DNA of 64,000 nucleotides from Alphaproteobacteria bacterium (GCA_965228895.1 OZ245842.1:2112001-2176000), one strand, 5' to 3'. Counted from the stretch's first letter, positions 19,272-32,387 are shown. A program made the numbers and translations. Notes: generated from the sequence alone by a model not told the origin.

Positions 19272-20450
19272 ATGGCCAAGGACAAATTTGACGACGTCAC
19301 CCAGATGGTCCGCGCGATGACGCCGAGCTATCCGGTCTACTGCATCCATCCCGAAACCCTGAAGGCGACTGCCGAGCGGTTTGTCGAGACCTTCCCGGGC
19401 CGGGTTCTCTACGCCATCAAGTGCAACCCGCATCCCAAGATCATGCAGATCCTGTACGACGCCGGCATCCGCCACTTCGATACGGCGTCGCTGGCGGAAA
19501 TCGCCCAGGTGCGCGAGCAGTTCCGCGATGCCGGCGCCTACTTCATGCACCCGGTCAAGGCGCGGGCGGCGATCAAGGCGGCCTATGAGGTCTATGGTAT
19601 TCGTCATTACGTGGTCGATCATCCGGCGGAACTTGCCAAGGTGCTCGATGAGACGGGCGGCGAGGGCGTCACCATCGTGGTGCGCATCGCGACGCCGGCC
19701 GCCGGTGCGGCCTATGATCTTTCCAAGAAGTTCGGCGTGCGTCCGGCCGAGGCGCCTTATATTTTGAAGGAGGCGAAGTCCTGGGGCTGTCAGACCGGCC
19801 TGTCGTTCCACGTGGGTTCCCAATGCCTGGTGCCGCGCGCCTATAAGACGGCGCTGGAAATGGTCGGGGATGTCATCGAGGCGGCCAAGGTCGATCTGCA
19901 CATGCTGGATGTCGGCGGCGGTTTCCCGGCCAGCTACCAGGGCGTACAGATGCCACCGCTCGAAAGCTACATGACTGAGATTTCCGAAGGTCTGAAGACG
20001 CTCGATCTGCGCAAGGACTGCACGGTCATGTGCGAGCCGGGCCGCGCGCTGGTCGCCGACGGTATGTCGCTGGTCACCCAGGTGCTGCTGCGCAAGGAAG
20101 ATCAGGTCTACATCAACGACGGTATCTACGGCAGCCTGTCGGAGATGGTCACCGCCAAGGTCCAGATGCCGGTGCGCGCCATCCGTCTTGACGAACCGAT
20201 GTCTGACAACGGCATGGACTTCAGCGTCGCCGGGCCGACCTGTGACTCGCTCGATGTCCTGCCGTTCACCTTCCACCTGCCCGAAGACATGCGCGAAGGC
20301 GACTGGATCGAAATCGGCACGGTCGGTGCCTATGGCAACGCGCTGCGCACCAACTTCAACGGCTTCTATCCCGACACCTTCGTTGAAGTCTCGAAGGCAA
20401 CTGATGCCGCGCTGATCGGCGACGGTGTCTTGCAGGCCAAGGCGTCGTGA
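19272..20450 (+). CDS. Ornithine/lysine decarboxylase (fold type III PLP enzyme)
   Basis: YAIKCNP (PLP Lys), SFHVGSQ, LDVGGGFP, EPGRAL, GPTCDS. Confidence 0.9.
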   Translation: MAKDKFDDVTQMVRAMTPSYPVYCIHPETLKATAERFVETFPGRVLYAIKCNPHPKIMQILYDAGIRHFDTASLAEIAQVREQFRDAGAYFMHPVKARAAIKAAYEVYGIRHYVVDHPAELAKVLDETGGEGVTIVVRIATPAAGAAYDLSKKFGVRPAEAPYILKEAKSWGCQTGLSFHVGSQCLVPRAYKTALEMVGDVIEAAKVDLHMLDVGGGFPASYQGVQMPPLESYMTEISEGLKTLDLRKDCTVMCEPGRALVADGMSLVTQVLLRKEDQVYINDGIYGSLSEMVTAKVQMPVRAIRLDEPMSDNGMDFSVAGPTCDSLDVLPFTFHLPEDMREGDWIEIGTVGAYGNALRTNFNGFYPDTFVEVSKATDAALIGDGVLQAKAS

Positions 20451-21340
20451 GCGCGGTCGCCAAACAACATCATATCGACGTGCCCCATGGCGACGGCACG
20501 GTGCGTCTTGGCTATCTGGAATGGGGTGACAGCGACGCTGCGCGAACGGCGTTGTGTATCCATGGTATCTCGCGCAACGCGCACGACTTCAATTGGCTGG
20601 GGCGCGAACTGGCGAAAGCCGGATGGCGCGTTATCGCGATCGACATGGTCGGCCGCGGCGCCAGTCAGTGGCTCGACGATCCCGCCGGTTACGCCGTGCC
20701 GTCATACATTCAGCACACGGCCCACGTGGTGGCGGCGCTCGATTTGGGCGAGGTCGATTGGATCGGCACGTCGATGGGCGGGCTTATCGGCATGATCGCT
20801 GCCTCAATCGGCGCGGTGCCGATGCGCCGCCTGGTGCTGAACGATATCGGTCCTTTCATCGCCGCCGATGTCATCGCCGGCATTGTCGAGCGGGCAGGCG
20901 AGGTGCCGGCATTCGACAACGAAGACGCGATCAAGGCGTTTTTGATGGAGCGGTTCACACCCTATGGTCCGGTGAGCGATAGCCAGTGGTCCTATCTGGC
21001 CCATCATAGCGGTCGGCGCGATGGCAATGGCACGTTGCGTCTGGCCTGCGATCCCGCCGTCGTGGCGCCCATGGCGAACCAGGAACCGGGCGACGCCGAT
21101 CTCTGGGAGAGTTTCGACGCGATCAAGGTGCCGACCCTGGTGGTGCGCGGTGGTGTGTCCGAGGTTTTGGATCAGCCGACCGCCGAAGCGATGATGACGC
21201 GCGGCCCCAACGCCACGCTTGTCACCTTTCACGGCATCACCCACCCGCTATGGCTTGCCGACGACGAGCAGATCCACTTAATACGCGATTGGCTTGAGGG
21301 CCATCCGCTCAGCGAGGATCGCCTCGCCGCCAAGAGTTAG
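20447..21340 (+). CDS. Alpha/beta hydrolase
   Basis: HGISRN, GTSMGG nucleophile elbow, LNDIGP; GTGA overlap with the decarboxylase stop. Confidence 0.88.
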   Translation: MSAVAKQHHIDVPHGDGTVRLGYLEWGDSDAARTALCIHGISRNAHDFNWLGRELAKAGWRVIAIDMVGRGASQWLDDPAGYAVPSYIQHTAHVVAALDLGEVDWIGTSMGGLIGMIAASIGAVPMRRLVLNDIGPFIAADVIAGIVERAGEVPAFDNEDAIKAFLMERFTPYGPVSDSQWSYLAHHSGRRDGNGTLRLACDPAVVAPMANQEPGDADLWESFDAIKVPTLVVRGGVSEVLDQPTAEAMMTRGPNATLVTFHGITHPLWLADDEQIHLIRDWLEGHPLSEDRLAAKS

Positions 21341-21359
21341 GCGGGCACGAGAGGCGGCC

Positions 21360-24628
<3,269 letters not shown>

Positions 24629-24660
24629 GGTGCCCTGATCCTTTGTCTGTCGGTGGTCGT

Positions 24661-24704
24661 AAAATAGAGATGGGGAGCGGCGCCAGCAGGCGCCGCCCCC
24701 CATC
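24661..24704 (-). terminator. Terminator-like or stabilising hairpin between the OsmC-family gene and metY
   Basis: 16-bp stem (one G-U on the - strand), 4-nt loop, followed by UCUAUUUU. Confidence 0.55.
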
Positions 24705-24720
24705 GGGACCCCTGCGGCGG

Positions 24721-25257
24721 CTACTCCGCCGCCGAAATATGTACCGCCGCGGGGGTTATTTCCAGACTGACGGGCGTTTCGCCGCCGATGATGTCGAGCA
24801 CCGGGCAGTGACGATCAACCGTCGCTTTCAGTTCTTCCAGTCGTTCAATCGGCGCTGGGCTATCGATGTCCACGCTGCCACGAATGGCGGTGAAACCCGG
24901 TCGGACGTCCTCGTTTGCGGCGGTAAAGCCGCTCAAGTCGATATCGCCCTCCAGGTGCACCGACACGCCATCCAGCGGGATGCCCAGGCGATCGGCGTAG
25001 AGTCGGTAGGTGATTTCCTGGCATGACGCCAACGAGGCCAGGATCAGCTCGACGGGGTTCGGGCCCTTGTCCGTGCCGCCGAGCGCCTCGGGTTCGTCGA
25101 CATCCAGGAAGAAGTTCCGCGTATTGACCCTGCTGTGCAGGCCCGCGATTTGGCGACTGGTCGCGCTGAATGTCGCTTGTGCCGCTTCGTTGTCGGCAAC
25201 AAAGGTGTCGCGCAGACCGTTGAAGCCATCGCGATAGGCAAATTGTTCCGTGGTCAT
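24721..25257 (-). CDS. OsmC/Ohr family protein
   Basis: DEPEALGGTDKGPNPVELILASLASC and HCPV (both conserved Cys); RBS AAGGAGA before ATG 25257. Confidence 0.9.
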   Translation of the reverse strand: MTTEQFAYRDGFNGLRDTFVADNEAAQATFSATSRQIAGLHSRVNTRNFFLDVDEPEALGGTDKGPNPVELILASLASCQEITYRLYADRLGIPLDGVSVHLEGDIDLSGFTAANEDVRPGFTAIRGSVDIDSPAPIERLEELKATVDRHCPVLDIIGGETPVSLEITPAAVHISAAE

Positions 25258-25310
25258 CGTCTGTCTCCTTGAACCACCGTTATCAAACGGGCCCACGGGA
25301 GACTTCCCGT

Positions 25311-25361
25311 GGCGCTTTAGCGGTTGGCGACGCGGACGCAAGCTGCCCCTCAAATCCCGCG
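25311..25361 (-). ncRNA. SAM-II-class riboswitch aptamer (gene-proximal copy)
   Basis: Minus strand CGCGG-GAUUUGA-GGGGCAGCUUGC-GU-CCGCG-N9-GCUAAAGCGCC: P1, L1 U-tract and pseudoknot P2. Confidence 0.75.
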
Positions 25362-25383
25362 GGTCCCTTCGGGGAACCAAGCC

Positions 25384-25420
25384 AACAAAAAAACCGCCTC
25401 AGCGTGGTGCCGGGCGGTTT
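25384..25420 (-). terminator. Intrinsic terminator between the two aptamers
   Basis: AAACCGCC-CGGC / GCUG-A-GGCGG followed by UUUUUUUGUU. Confidence 0.85.
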
Positions 25421-25432
25421 GAAACGTGGTCC

Positions 25433-25488
25433 GGCGCTTTAGCTGGTATTTTTAGAGCGCCCCGCAAGCTGACAATCAAATCGGCGCT
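25433..25488 (-). ncRNA. SAM-II (SAM-alpha) riboswitch aptamer (promoter-proximal copy)
   Basis: Minus strand AGCGCC-GAUUUGAUUGUCAGCUUGC-GG-GGCGCU-CUAAAAAUACCA-GCUAAAGCG fits the SAM-II consensus; upstream of a methionine synthesis gene. Confidence 0.9.
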
Positions 25489-25736
25489 GATGAATCTTAA
25501 ATCACTATCGCTTGCGGGTTGTCAAGCGGTTCCCGCCGGCGGCATTCGCACAGGTGACATGGCCACCTTGCCGTGATGGCAGGGCAGACAGCGCTCACGG
25601 ATGTGTCGAAGTACGTTGACCTTGCGCCCGTCACCTCTAAGAATCCCAATCGCTGGGCGGACACACCCCCCTTTCGATGGTGTCGCCTAAGCGGGAACCA
25701 AGTGAACGTCACGAGCGACAGAGGAGAGAGCTCACA

Positions 25737-26888
25737 ATGAGACGTGGATTGGACAAACTTTACTATCGTTTGAAGGACGGCGCGCTCAGCCGGCGTGAGA
25801 TGCATGCTGTTCTGGCGGCGGGTGGCTTCTCGCTCGCGGCGATGAATGTCGGCGGCCGACAGGCTCTGGCCCAGGAGAGCTGCGGTTCCGACCACCCGAC
25901 CTTCTTCATCTGGTCGGGCTACGAGATTCCGGAGTTCTATCCGGCCTACATGGAAAAGCACGGCTGCCTGCCTAACTTCTCCATGTTCGGCGACGAGGAA
26001 GAGGCCTTTGCCAAGATGCGCGCCGGTTTCTCGCCCGACGTCATGCAGCCCTGCTCCTACAAGGTGAAGCAGTGGTACGACGCCGGCCTGTTGGCGCCTA
26101 TCGATACATCGCGCCTGTCGAACTGGTCCGATCTGATTCCCGCGCTGATCGACATGCCGGTCGGTACCCAGGGCGGCGAGCGGGTGTTCATCCCCACCGA
26201 TTGGGGCCTGACCTCCGTCACCTACCGCAAGGACTTGGCGCCGGAGTATGTCGACAACAACACCTGGGGCATTCTCTGGGACGAGACCTACTCAGGGCGC
26301 CTGTCGATGATCGACAGCCTGATCGACGGTGTCGCCGTCGCCGGCATCTACAAGGGCGTGCCCAATCCGTTCAACCTGTCGAACCCCGAAGACATGGAAA
26401 CGGTGCGCGAGGCCCTTCAGGTCCAGTTGCCGCTGCTGCGCTTTTATTCGAACAGCATGACCGATGTGGAGAACGCCTTGGCGTCCGGTGAGCTGATCGC
26501 GGCGGCAACCTGGAACAGCTCGTGGGTGGCGCTGAAGGACCAGGGCCTTGATGTCGGCTTCATGACGCCGAAGGAAGGGCCGATGACCTGGGTTTGCGGC
26601 ATCGTGCGCAATCCCGCCAACGACTCGCACGGTCCGGAGATGGTCGACCTGGCTTATGAGGTGATGGACAGCTTCATCAGCCCCGAAGCCGGCGCCTGGG
26701 AAATCGAGAACTACGGCTACGGCGTGTCGAACCAGAAGGCGTTCGAATTGGTCGGTCCGGAGAAGCTTGCCGAACTCGGTCTGCCGGCGGATCCCGGCCC
26801 CTACCTGGCGGCCGGTATCTTCCAGGAGGCCATGGTGCCGGAAGACAAGATCCAGATCATGTTCGAAGAGGTCAAGGCGGGCATGTAA
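25737..26888 (+). CDS. Polyamine-type (PotD/PotF-like) ABC substrate-binding protein, Tat signal
   Basis: LSRRE signal, WSGYEIP, FGDEEEAFAKMRAG, IPTDWG, PKEG; RBS GAGGAG. Confidence 0.85.
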   Translation: MRRGLDKLYYRLKDGALSRREMHAVLAAGGFSLAAMNVGGRQALAQESCGSDHPTFFIWSGYEIPEFYPAYMEKHGCLPNFSMFGDEEEAFAKMRAGFSPDVMQPCSYKVKQWYDAGLLAPIDTSRLSNWSDLIPALIDMPVGTQGGERVFIPTDWGLTSVTYRKDLAPEYVDNNTWGILWDETYSGRLSMIDSLIDGVAVAGIYKGVPNPFNLSNPEDMETVREALQVQLPLLRFYSNSMTDVENALASGELIAAATWNSSWVALKDQGLDVGFMTPKEGPMTWVCGIVRNPANDSHGPEMVDLAYEVMDSFISPEAGAWEIENYGYGVSNQKAFELVGPEKLAELGLPADPGPYLAAGIFQEAMVPEDKIQIMFEEVKAGM

Positions 26889-26910
26889 GCCCTCCCTCGA
26901 TCGTTGGGGG

Positions 26911-26943
26911 CGGGGCGGTCTTTTGGCCGCCCCGTTTCTTTTT
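26911..26943 (+). terminator. Intrinsic terminator
   Basis: CGGGGCGGUC/GGCCGCCCCG stem followed by UUUCUUUUU. Confidence 0.8.
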
Positions 26944-26975
26944 GACGCGGAGTCTGGAGCCGTTAACCTGCCGCC

Positions 26976-27710
26976 ATGCGTTTCCTGGTTTTTCAGCATA
27001 TCGACATCGAACACCCCGGCATCTTCCGCGACCTGATGGCGGAAGCCGGGATCGGCTGGGATGCGGTGGAGCTTGACGAAGGCGAGCCGATCCCCGCCCT
27101 CGACAGTTACGACGCGCTGATGGTGATGGGCGGGCCGATGGATGTCTTCGACGAAGACGAGCATCCATGGCTGGTTCCGGAGAAAGCAGCGATCCGCGAA
27201 GCCGTGCGCGAGCGCGCTATGCCGTATTTCGGATTTTGTCTCGGCCATCAGTTGCTGGCTGACGCGTTGGGTGGTCGGTGCGAGCGCATGCCGGTGCCGG
27301 AGGTCGGCATCATGGAGGTGTCGCTGACCGACGCAGGCAAGCGTGATCCATTGATGCAAGGCATCCCCGGCACATTCAAGGCGCTGCAGTGGCACGGCGT
27401 CGCGGTGACCGAGATGCCCGAGGGCGGTGTTGCACTGGCGCATTCGCCGATCTGCGCGGTGCAGGCGCAGCGCGTCGGCGCTCTTGCCTTCGGCATTCAG
27501 TACCACGTTGAGATGACCGACAAGACGGTCCAGGAGTGGGGCGCGGTGCCGGCTTATCAGGAGTCACTCGAAAAGACATTGGGTGCCGGCGCGCTCGATC
27601 GGTTCGACGCGGAGTGCCGTGCCAACATGGGTGACTTCAACAAGGCCTCTCGCCGGTTGTTCGATAACTTCCTGGGCGAGATCAAAGCGAACGGGCGCGA
27701 CGTCGCCTGA
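26976..27710 (+). CDS. Type 1 glutamine amidotransferase-like protein
   Basis: MGGPM, GFCLGHQLL (Cys), QYHVE (His-Glu). Confidence 0.9.
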   Translation: MRFLVFQHIDIEHPGIFRDLMAEAGIGWDAVELDEGEPIPALDSYDALMVMGGPMDVFDEDEHPWLVPEKAAIREAVRERAMPYFGFCLGHQLLADALGGRCERMPVPEVGIMEVSLTDAGKRDPLMQGIPGTFKALQWHGVAVTEMPEGGVALAHSPICAVQAQRVGALAFGIQYHVEMTDKTVQEWGAVPAYQESLEKTLGAGALDRFDAECRANMGDFNKASRRLFDNFLGEIKANGRDVA

Positions 27711-29068
27711 TGAGCTGGAAGCCGAACGCCGCCGCCGTCCAGGCGTTGCTTGATCATGAGATTCAAACTTTCGAAAACGATCATCCGCGTTCGCGCGCGT
27801 TGTTCGAGGCCGCCGGCGCGCATCTGCTGAACGGCGTGCCGCTCAACTGGATGCGGCGCTGGGCAGGCCCGTTTCCGCTCTACGCTGATCGTGCCAGCGG
27901 CGCCCACGTGACCGATGTCGATGGCCGCGACTACGTCGATTTCTGCATGGGCGATACCGCATCGCTGTTCGGTCACGGCCGGACAGATGTGGCGCAGGCG
28001 CTCAAGACGCGCCTTGCGACTGGCGCCAGTATGATGCTGCCGACCGCCGATGCGGCGGAAGTCGGTGCGTCACTTGCCGAACGTTTCGGTTTGCCGACTT
28101 GGCAGTTCGCGGTTTCCGCGACCGATGCCAACCGCTTCATTCTGCGTTTGGCGCGCGCGGTTACCGGCAAGCGCAAGGTCTTGCTGTTCAACGGCTGTTA
28201 TCACGGCAATTTGGTCGAGGCATTGGTTACAGCGAGAAACGGCGTCGCCGCGGCCAGTCCGGAGATGGTCGGTCATGAGGTCGACCCGCGCGAGACGACG
28301 GAAGTCGTCGAGTTCAACGACATCGAAGCGGTCGAACGTGTGCTGGCCGCCGGCGACATCGCCTGCGTCATGACCGAACCGGCGCTGACCAACTGTCGGA
28401 TCGTATTGCCCGAACCTGGTTTTCTCGAGGCGGTCAAAGCCGCCGCACACCGTCATGACGCCATCTTCGCGCTCGACGAAACACACACCATCTGCTGCGG
28501 CCCGGGCGGCTACACGGCGCTCCATGACGTCAGGCCGGACACGGTGACGCTCGGCAAGCCGATTGCCGGCGGCGTGCCGGCGGCAGCCTATGGTCTCTCT
28601 GCCGACCTCGCCGCGCGGGTTGGTGCGGTGATGGCGGAGACCGGTCCGGGCATCTTTGCCATCGGCGGTACGTTGACCGGCCATGCGCTGGCATTGGCCG
28701 GCATGCGCGTCATGCTTGACGATGTCATGACCGACAAGACGTTCGCTCCGATGATGGAAGCCGCGGAAGCGATCGAAGCAGGTGTTGGTGATGTCCTCGC
28801 GAGGCATGAATGCGACGGTCATGTCATCCGGCTCGGTGCGCGTGTTGCCTATGACCCCTTCAGCAAGACGACGTCGAACGGGCGCGATGCAATGGCGGCG
28901 ACCGATGAACTGTTCGATCGACTGCTGCACCTCTTCATGCTGAACCGCGGCGTATTGTTGACGCCGTTCCAGAACATGTGCCTGGTCGCGCCTCAGACCG
29001 CGCGCTCGGATATCGAGCGCCATAGCGGTCTGCTCGATGATCTGCTGACCGCGCTGCGTCCGTCATAA
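27710..29068 (+). CDS. Class III aminotransferase (GSA aminomutase-like)
   Basis: DVDGRDYVDF, CYHG, LDETHT, LGKPIAGG (PLP Lys); TGATG coupling to the upstream gene. Confidence 0.88.
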   Translation: MSWKPNAAAVQALLDHEIQTFENDHPRSRALFEAAGAHLLNGVPLNWMRRWAGPFPLYADRASGAHVTDVDGRDYVDFCMGDTASLFGHGRTDVAQALKTRLATGASMMLPTADAAEVGASLAERFGLPTWQFAVSATDANRFILRLARAVTGKRKVLLFNGCYHGNLVEALVTARNGVAAASPEMVGHEVDPRETTEVVEFNDIEAVERVLAAGDIACVMTEPALTNCRIVLPEPGFLEAVKAAAHRHDAIFALDETHTICCGPGGYTALHDVRPDTVTLGKPIAGGVPAAAYGLSADLAARVGAVMAETGPGIFAIGGTLTGHALALAGMRVMLDDVMTDKTFAPMMEAAEAIEAGVGDVLARHECDGHVIRLGARVAYDPFSKTTSNGRDAMAATDELFDRLLHLFMLNRGVLLTPFQNMCLVAPQTARSDIERHSGLLDDLLTALRPS

Positions 29069-29113
29069 ACCTGCGCCGGTTCTGCGTTACGTTCTTGTTT
29101 TGGAGATTTGCCA

Positions 29114-29512
29114 ATGCCTAGCAGTGTGGTGTCGCCGACAAAAGAGTCACTTGCCGTCGGTCCGCTGAACGCGGTTCGCCTGTTTTGTGTCGAGGTTGCC
29201 CCGGCGGCCGATTTCTATCGTGACGTTCTCGGCCTGACGGAACTGTTTCGCAGTGACGATGCCGCCATGTTTCAGAGCGGGCAGGTTGGGTTGTTGGTCG
29301 AGAAGGGCGACCCCAACGATGCAGAAGAGGCCGAGCTGATCGGGCGCTTCGCCGGCATCTCGTTCCCGGTCGACGATATCGCAGCGGTCTACGCCGCCTG
29401 GTCCGAGGCGGGCGTTAGATTTCACGGCGAGCCCAAGCGTCAGCCTTGGGGCGGTACGCTTGCCCATTTCGACGACCCCGCCGGCAACACGCTCACCCTC
29501 GTACAGGAGTAA
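29114..29512 (+). CDS. VOC/glyoxalase family protein
   Basis: FYRDVLGL, ISFPVDDI, QPWGG...FDDPAGN. Confidence 0.85.
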   Translation: MPSSVVSPTKESLAVGPLNAVRLFCVEVAPAADFYRDVLGLTELFRSDDAAMFQSGQVGLLVEKGDPNDAEEAELIGRFAGISFPVDDIAAVYAAWSEAGVRFHGEPKRQPWGGTLAHFDDPAGNTLTLVQE

Positions 29513-29530
29513 GCGCGGAACGCGACGTGT

Positions 29531-30754
29531 CTACCCCGTGAACGCCTGGAGGCCGGTCTGCGCGCGGCCCAGGATCAGGGCGTGGATATCGTGGGTGCCC
29601 TCATACGTGTTCACGGCTTCCAGGTTCAGCACGTGACGGATGACACCGTACTCGTCGCTGACGCCGTTGCCGCCATGCATGTCGCGTGACATCCGCGCGA
29701 TGTCGAGCGACTTGCCGCAGGAGTTGCGCTTGATCAGCGAGATCATTTCCGGTGCGGCGCGGTTCTCGTCCTTCAATCGTCCGACCCGGAGACATGACTG
29801 CAAACCGATCGCGATTTCCGTCTGCATGTCGGCGAGCTTCTTCTGGATCAACTGATTGGCGGCGAGCGGTCGGCCGAACTGGGTGCGCTCCAGCGTATAG
29901 GTTCGTGCGGCATGCCAGCAGAAGCTGGCGGCACCCAGCGCGCCCCAGGCTATGCCGAAGCGCGCGTTGTTGAGACAACCGAACGGGCCCTTCAGGCCGC
30001 GGATGTCGGGGAAGGCGTTTTCTTCCGGCACGAAGACGTCGTCCATGACGATTTCGCCGGTCGGCCCGGCGCGCAGACTGAACTTGCCTTCGATCTTCGG
30101 TGTCGTCAGGCCCTTCATGCCGCGTTCCAGGACAAAACCCCGGATGTCGCCCTCATCGTCTTTGGCCCAGACAACGAAGACATCGGCGATGGGCGAGTTG
30201 GAGATCCACATCTTGGCGCCGGACAAGAGGTAACCGCCATCGGCCTTGCGCGCCCGGGTCTTCATGCCACCGGGATCGGAGCCGTGATCGGGTTCGGTCA
30301 GGCCGAACGCACCGATGAACTCGCCGGTCGCGAGCTTGGGCAGGAACTTCTGCCGCTGCTCCTCGGTGCCATAGGCGTGGATCGGGTGCATGACCAGACT
30401 GGACTGGACCGAGGCCGACGAACGGTAGGCGCTGTCAACATATTCGATCTCATGGGCGATCAGGCCGTAGGCGACGTAGCTGACGCCAGCGCAGCCATAA
30501 CCGTCGATGGTCGGGCCCAACAGGCCCATCTCGCCCATCTTGGCCATGACGTCGCGGTCGCTCGACTCGTTGCGGAAATCGTCCTGAACGCGCCCCATCA
30601 GGTAGTCGCCGGCGAATTGGCGCGTGCTGTCGCGGATCATGCGCTCGTCTTCGGTCAACTGCTCGTCGAGCAGGAACGGATCGTCCCATTGGAAATGGGC
30701 GCGCTGCTTGGCGCTGGAAGAGGAGGTGCCCGACTGGGCCGCTGCCTTGCTCAT
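29531..30754 (-). CDS. gcdH: Glutaryl-CoA dehydrogenase
   Basis: [51 protein letters not shown]. Confidence 0.93.
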   Translation of the reverse strand: MSKAAAQSGTSSSSAKQRAHFQWDDPFLLDEQLTEDERMIRDSTRQFAGDYLMGRVQDDFRNESSDRDVMAKMGEMGLLGPTIDGYGCAGVSYVAYGLIAHEIEYVDSAYRSSASVQSSLVMHPIHAYGTEEQRQKFLPKLATGEFIGAFGLTEPDHGSDPGGMKTRARKADGGYLLSGAKMWISNSPIADVFVVWAKDDEGDIRGFVLERGMKGLTTPKIEGKFSLRAGPTGEIVMDDVFVPEENAFPDIRGLKGPFGCLNNARFGIAWGALGAASFCWHAARTYTLERTQFGRPLAANQLIQKKLADMQTEIAIGLQSCLRVGRLKDENRAAPEMISLIKRNSCGKSLDIARMSRDMHGGNGVSDEYGVIRHVLNLEAVNTYEGTHDIHALILGRAQTGLQAFTG

Positions 30755-30836
30755 GATCGAGGCTCCGCGTCGCGAATATGGAGGTTAACCGATCATATAG
30801 CGCCTTACCGGGTGCTTGGCGAGGGTAGCGCTGCCA

Positions 30837-32315
30837 TCACTGGTTGGTCCGTGCCAGGTCGTCTCCGGCTTCGACCACCAGTTCGGCGAGCCGGTCGACG
30901 TGCTGACGACTGGTTCCGTAGTGCATGATGTTGGCGCGGATCGCGAACCGGCCGTTCAGTACGGTTTGGGACGGATAGGCTTCGCCGTCGGCCTGGATCT
31001 TGGCCAAAACGGCCTTGTTGAGGGCGTTGAGGCGATCGTCATCGCCGCGCAAAGCTTTGGGCGCGAAGCGAAAACAGACGATAGACAGTTCGACGGGTGC
31101 AAGAAGTTCCAGATCGTCACGTTCGTCGATGACACTAGCGAGGTGACGGGCGAGGCTGTTGTGGCGTGTCACGGTCTTGGCGAGGCCCTGGCGGCCGATA
31201 TGCATCAAGGTCGCCCAGACCTTGAACGCACGGTAGCTGCGGGTTAGCGGAAAACTGTACTCCATCGGCGGGCCCAGTTCATCGCGGCTGTCGGGACCGT
31301 CCACGCGGATGTAAGGCGGAATCAGAGAAAACGTGTCGCGCAAATTGGCGGCATCGCGCACCAGGACACAGCCGCACTCGATCGGCACGGCCATCCATTT
31401 GTGAGGATCGAGGGCGAGCGAGTCCGCCCGCGCCAAACCGGCGAACTGGGGGGCGAGATCGGCGTCCAGGAAACCGAAGGCGCCGTAGGCGCCGTCGACG
31501 TGGAGCCACAGCCCTTCGCGTTCGGCGATGTCGGCAAGACCGTCCAGATCGTCGATCGCACCGGTGTTGACGGTTCCGGCGCTGCCGACAACACAGAACG
31601 GGTGAAATCCATCTTTCTTATCTTTATCAACAAGTTCCGCTAGTTTATTGAGGTCCATATGGAAGTTGTCATCGGTGGATACCTGCCGGATGGCGTCGCT
31701 GCCCAAACCCATCAGCTCAACCGCTTTTCTGACACAGGCGTGGACTTCGCCACCGGCATAGAGCATCAGGCGCGGGCCGCCGTGGAGCCCGTCTTTCCGG
31801 ATATCCCATCCTAATCGCTTGGCGGCATGGTGCCGTGCTGCTGCAAGCGCTGTCAGGTTCGCCATCGAGCCGCCGGAGGTCAGCACGCCGTGGGCCTCGG
31901 GGTTGGTGAACCCCATCAACGTCTTCAGCCAGCCGATCACGCAGCGCTCCAGGACGATCGCGCCGTGGAAACCGCCGCCGCACGCGATATTGGCCGACGC
32001 TGACAGCATTTCCGTCAAAACCGGCATATGCGCCGGCGGCGAGATCACCCAGCCGTAGAAGCCCGGGTTTCCGTTGCCGCGCGGCTGGCTCAAGATGTGC
32101 TCAGCAGCGAAGTCCAGGATCGTATCGGGATCGCTGCCGGTTTCCGGCAGGGGCTGGTTCAGCAGGACGTCGACCGCATCGGGCGTTGGGTCGGGCCGGA
32201 TGGGGTCTTTGACGACGTCGCGCAGATGCGCGTTGGCCAAGGCCACGACACGCTCGCCAAGCCGGCGGAACTCGTCTTCATCGATCACCTGGTCGGCGGG
32301 GAAGGGGTCGGTCAT
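30837..32315 (-). CDS. Group II PLP-dependent decarboxylase (aromatic-L-amino-acid/DABA decarboxylase family)
   Basis: TSGGSMANL, AGTVNTGAIDDL, WLHVDGAYG, DPHKW; ATG 32315 with RBS AAGGAG; the longer tracked ORF is an artefactual extension. Confidence 0.9.
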   Translation of the reverse strand: MTDPFPADQVIDEDEFRRLGERVVALANAHLRDVVKDPIRPDPTPDAVDVLLNQPLPETGSDPDTILDFAAEHILSQPRGNGNPGFYGWVISPPAHMPVLTEMLSASANIACGGGFHGAIVLERCVIGWLKTLMGFTNPEAHGVLTSGGSMANLTALAAARHHAAKRLGWDIRKDGLHGGPRLMLYAGGEVHACVRKAVELMGLGSDAIRQVSTDDNFHMDLNKLAELVDKDKKDGFHPFCVVGSAGTVNTGAIDDLDGLADIAEREGLWLHVDGAYGAFGFLDADLAPQFAGLARADSLALDPHKWMAVPIECGCVLVRDAANLRDTFSLIPPYIRVDGPDSRDELGPPMEYSFPLTRSYRAFKVWATLMHIGRQGLAKTVTRHNSLARHLASVIDERDDLELLAPVELSIVCFRFAPKALRGDDDRLNALNKAVLAKIQADGEAYPSQTVLNGRFAIRANIMHYGTSRQHVDRLAELVVEAGDDLARTNQ

Positions 32316-32387
32316 GCCGCGCTCCTTAAGGTTGATCTTGACCCGGCGCTTGCGCAAGGTCGGGGGATGGTTGCCAAGGCAAGCACG

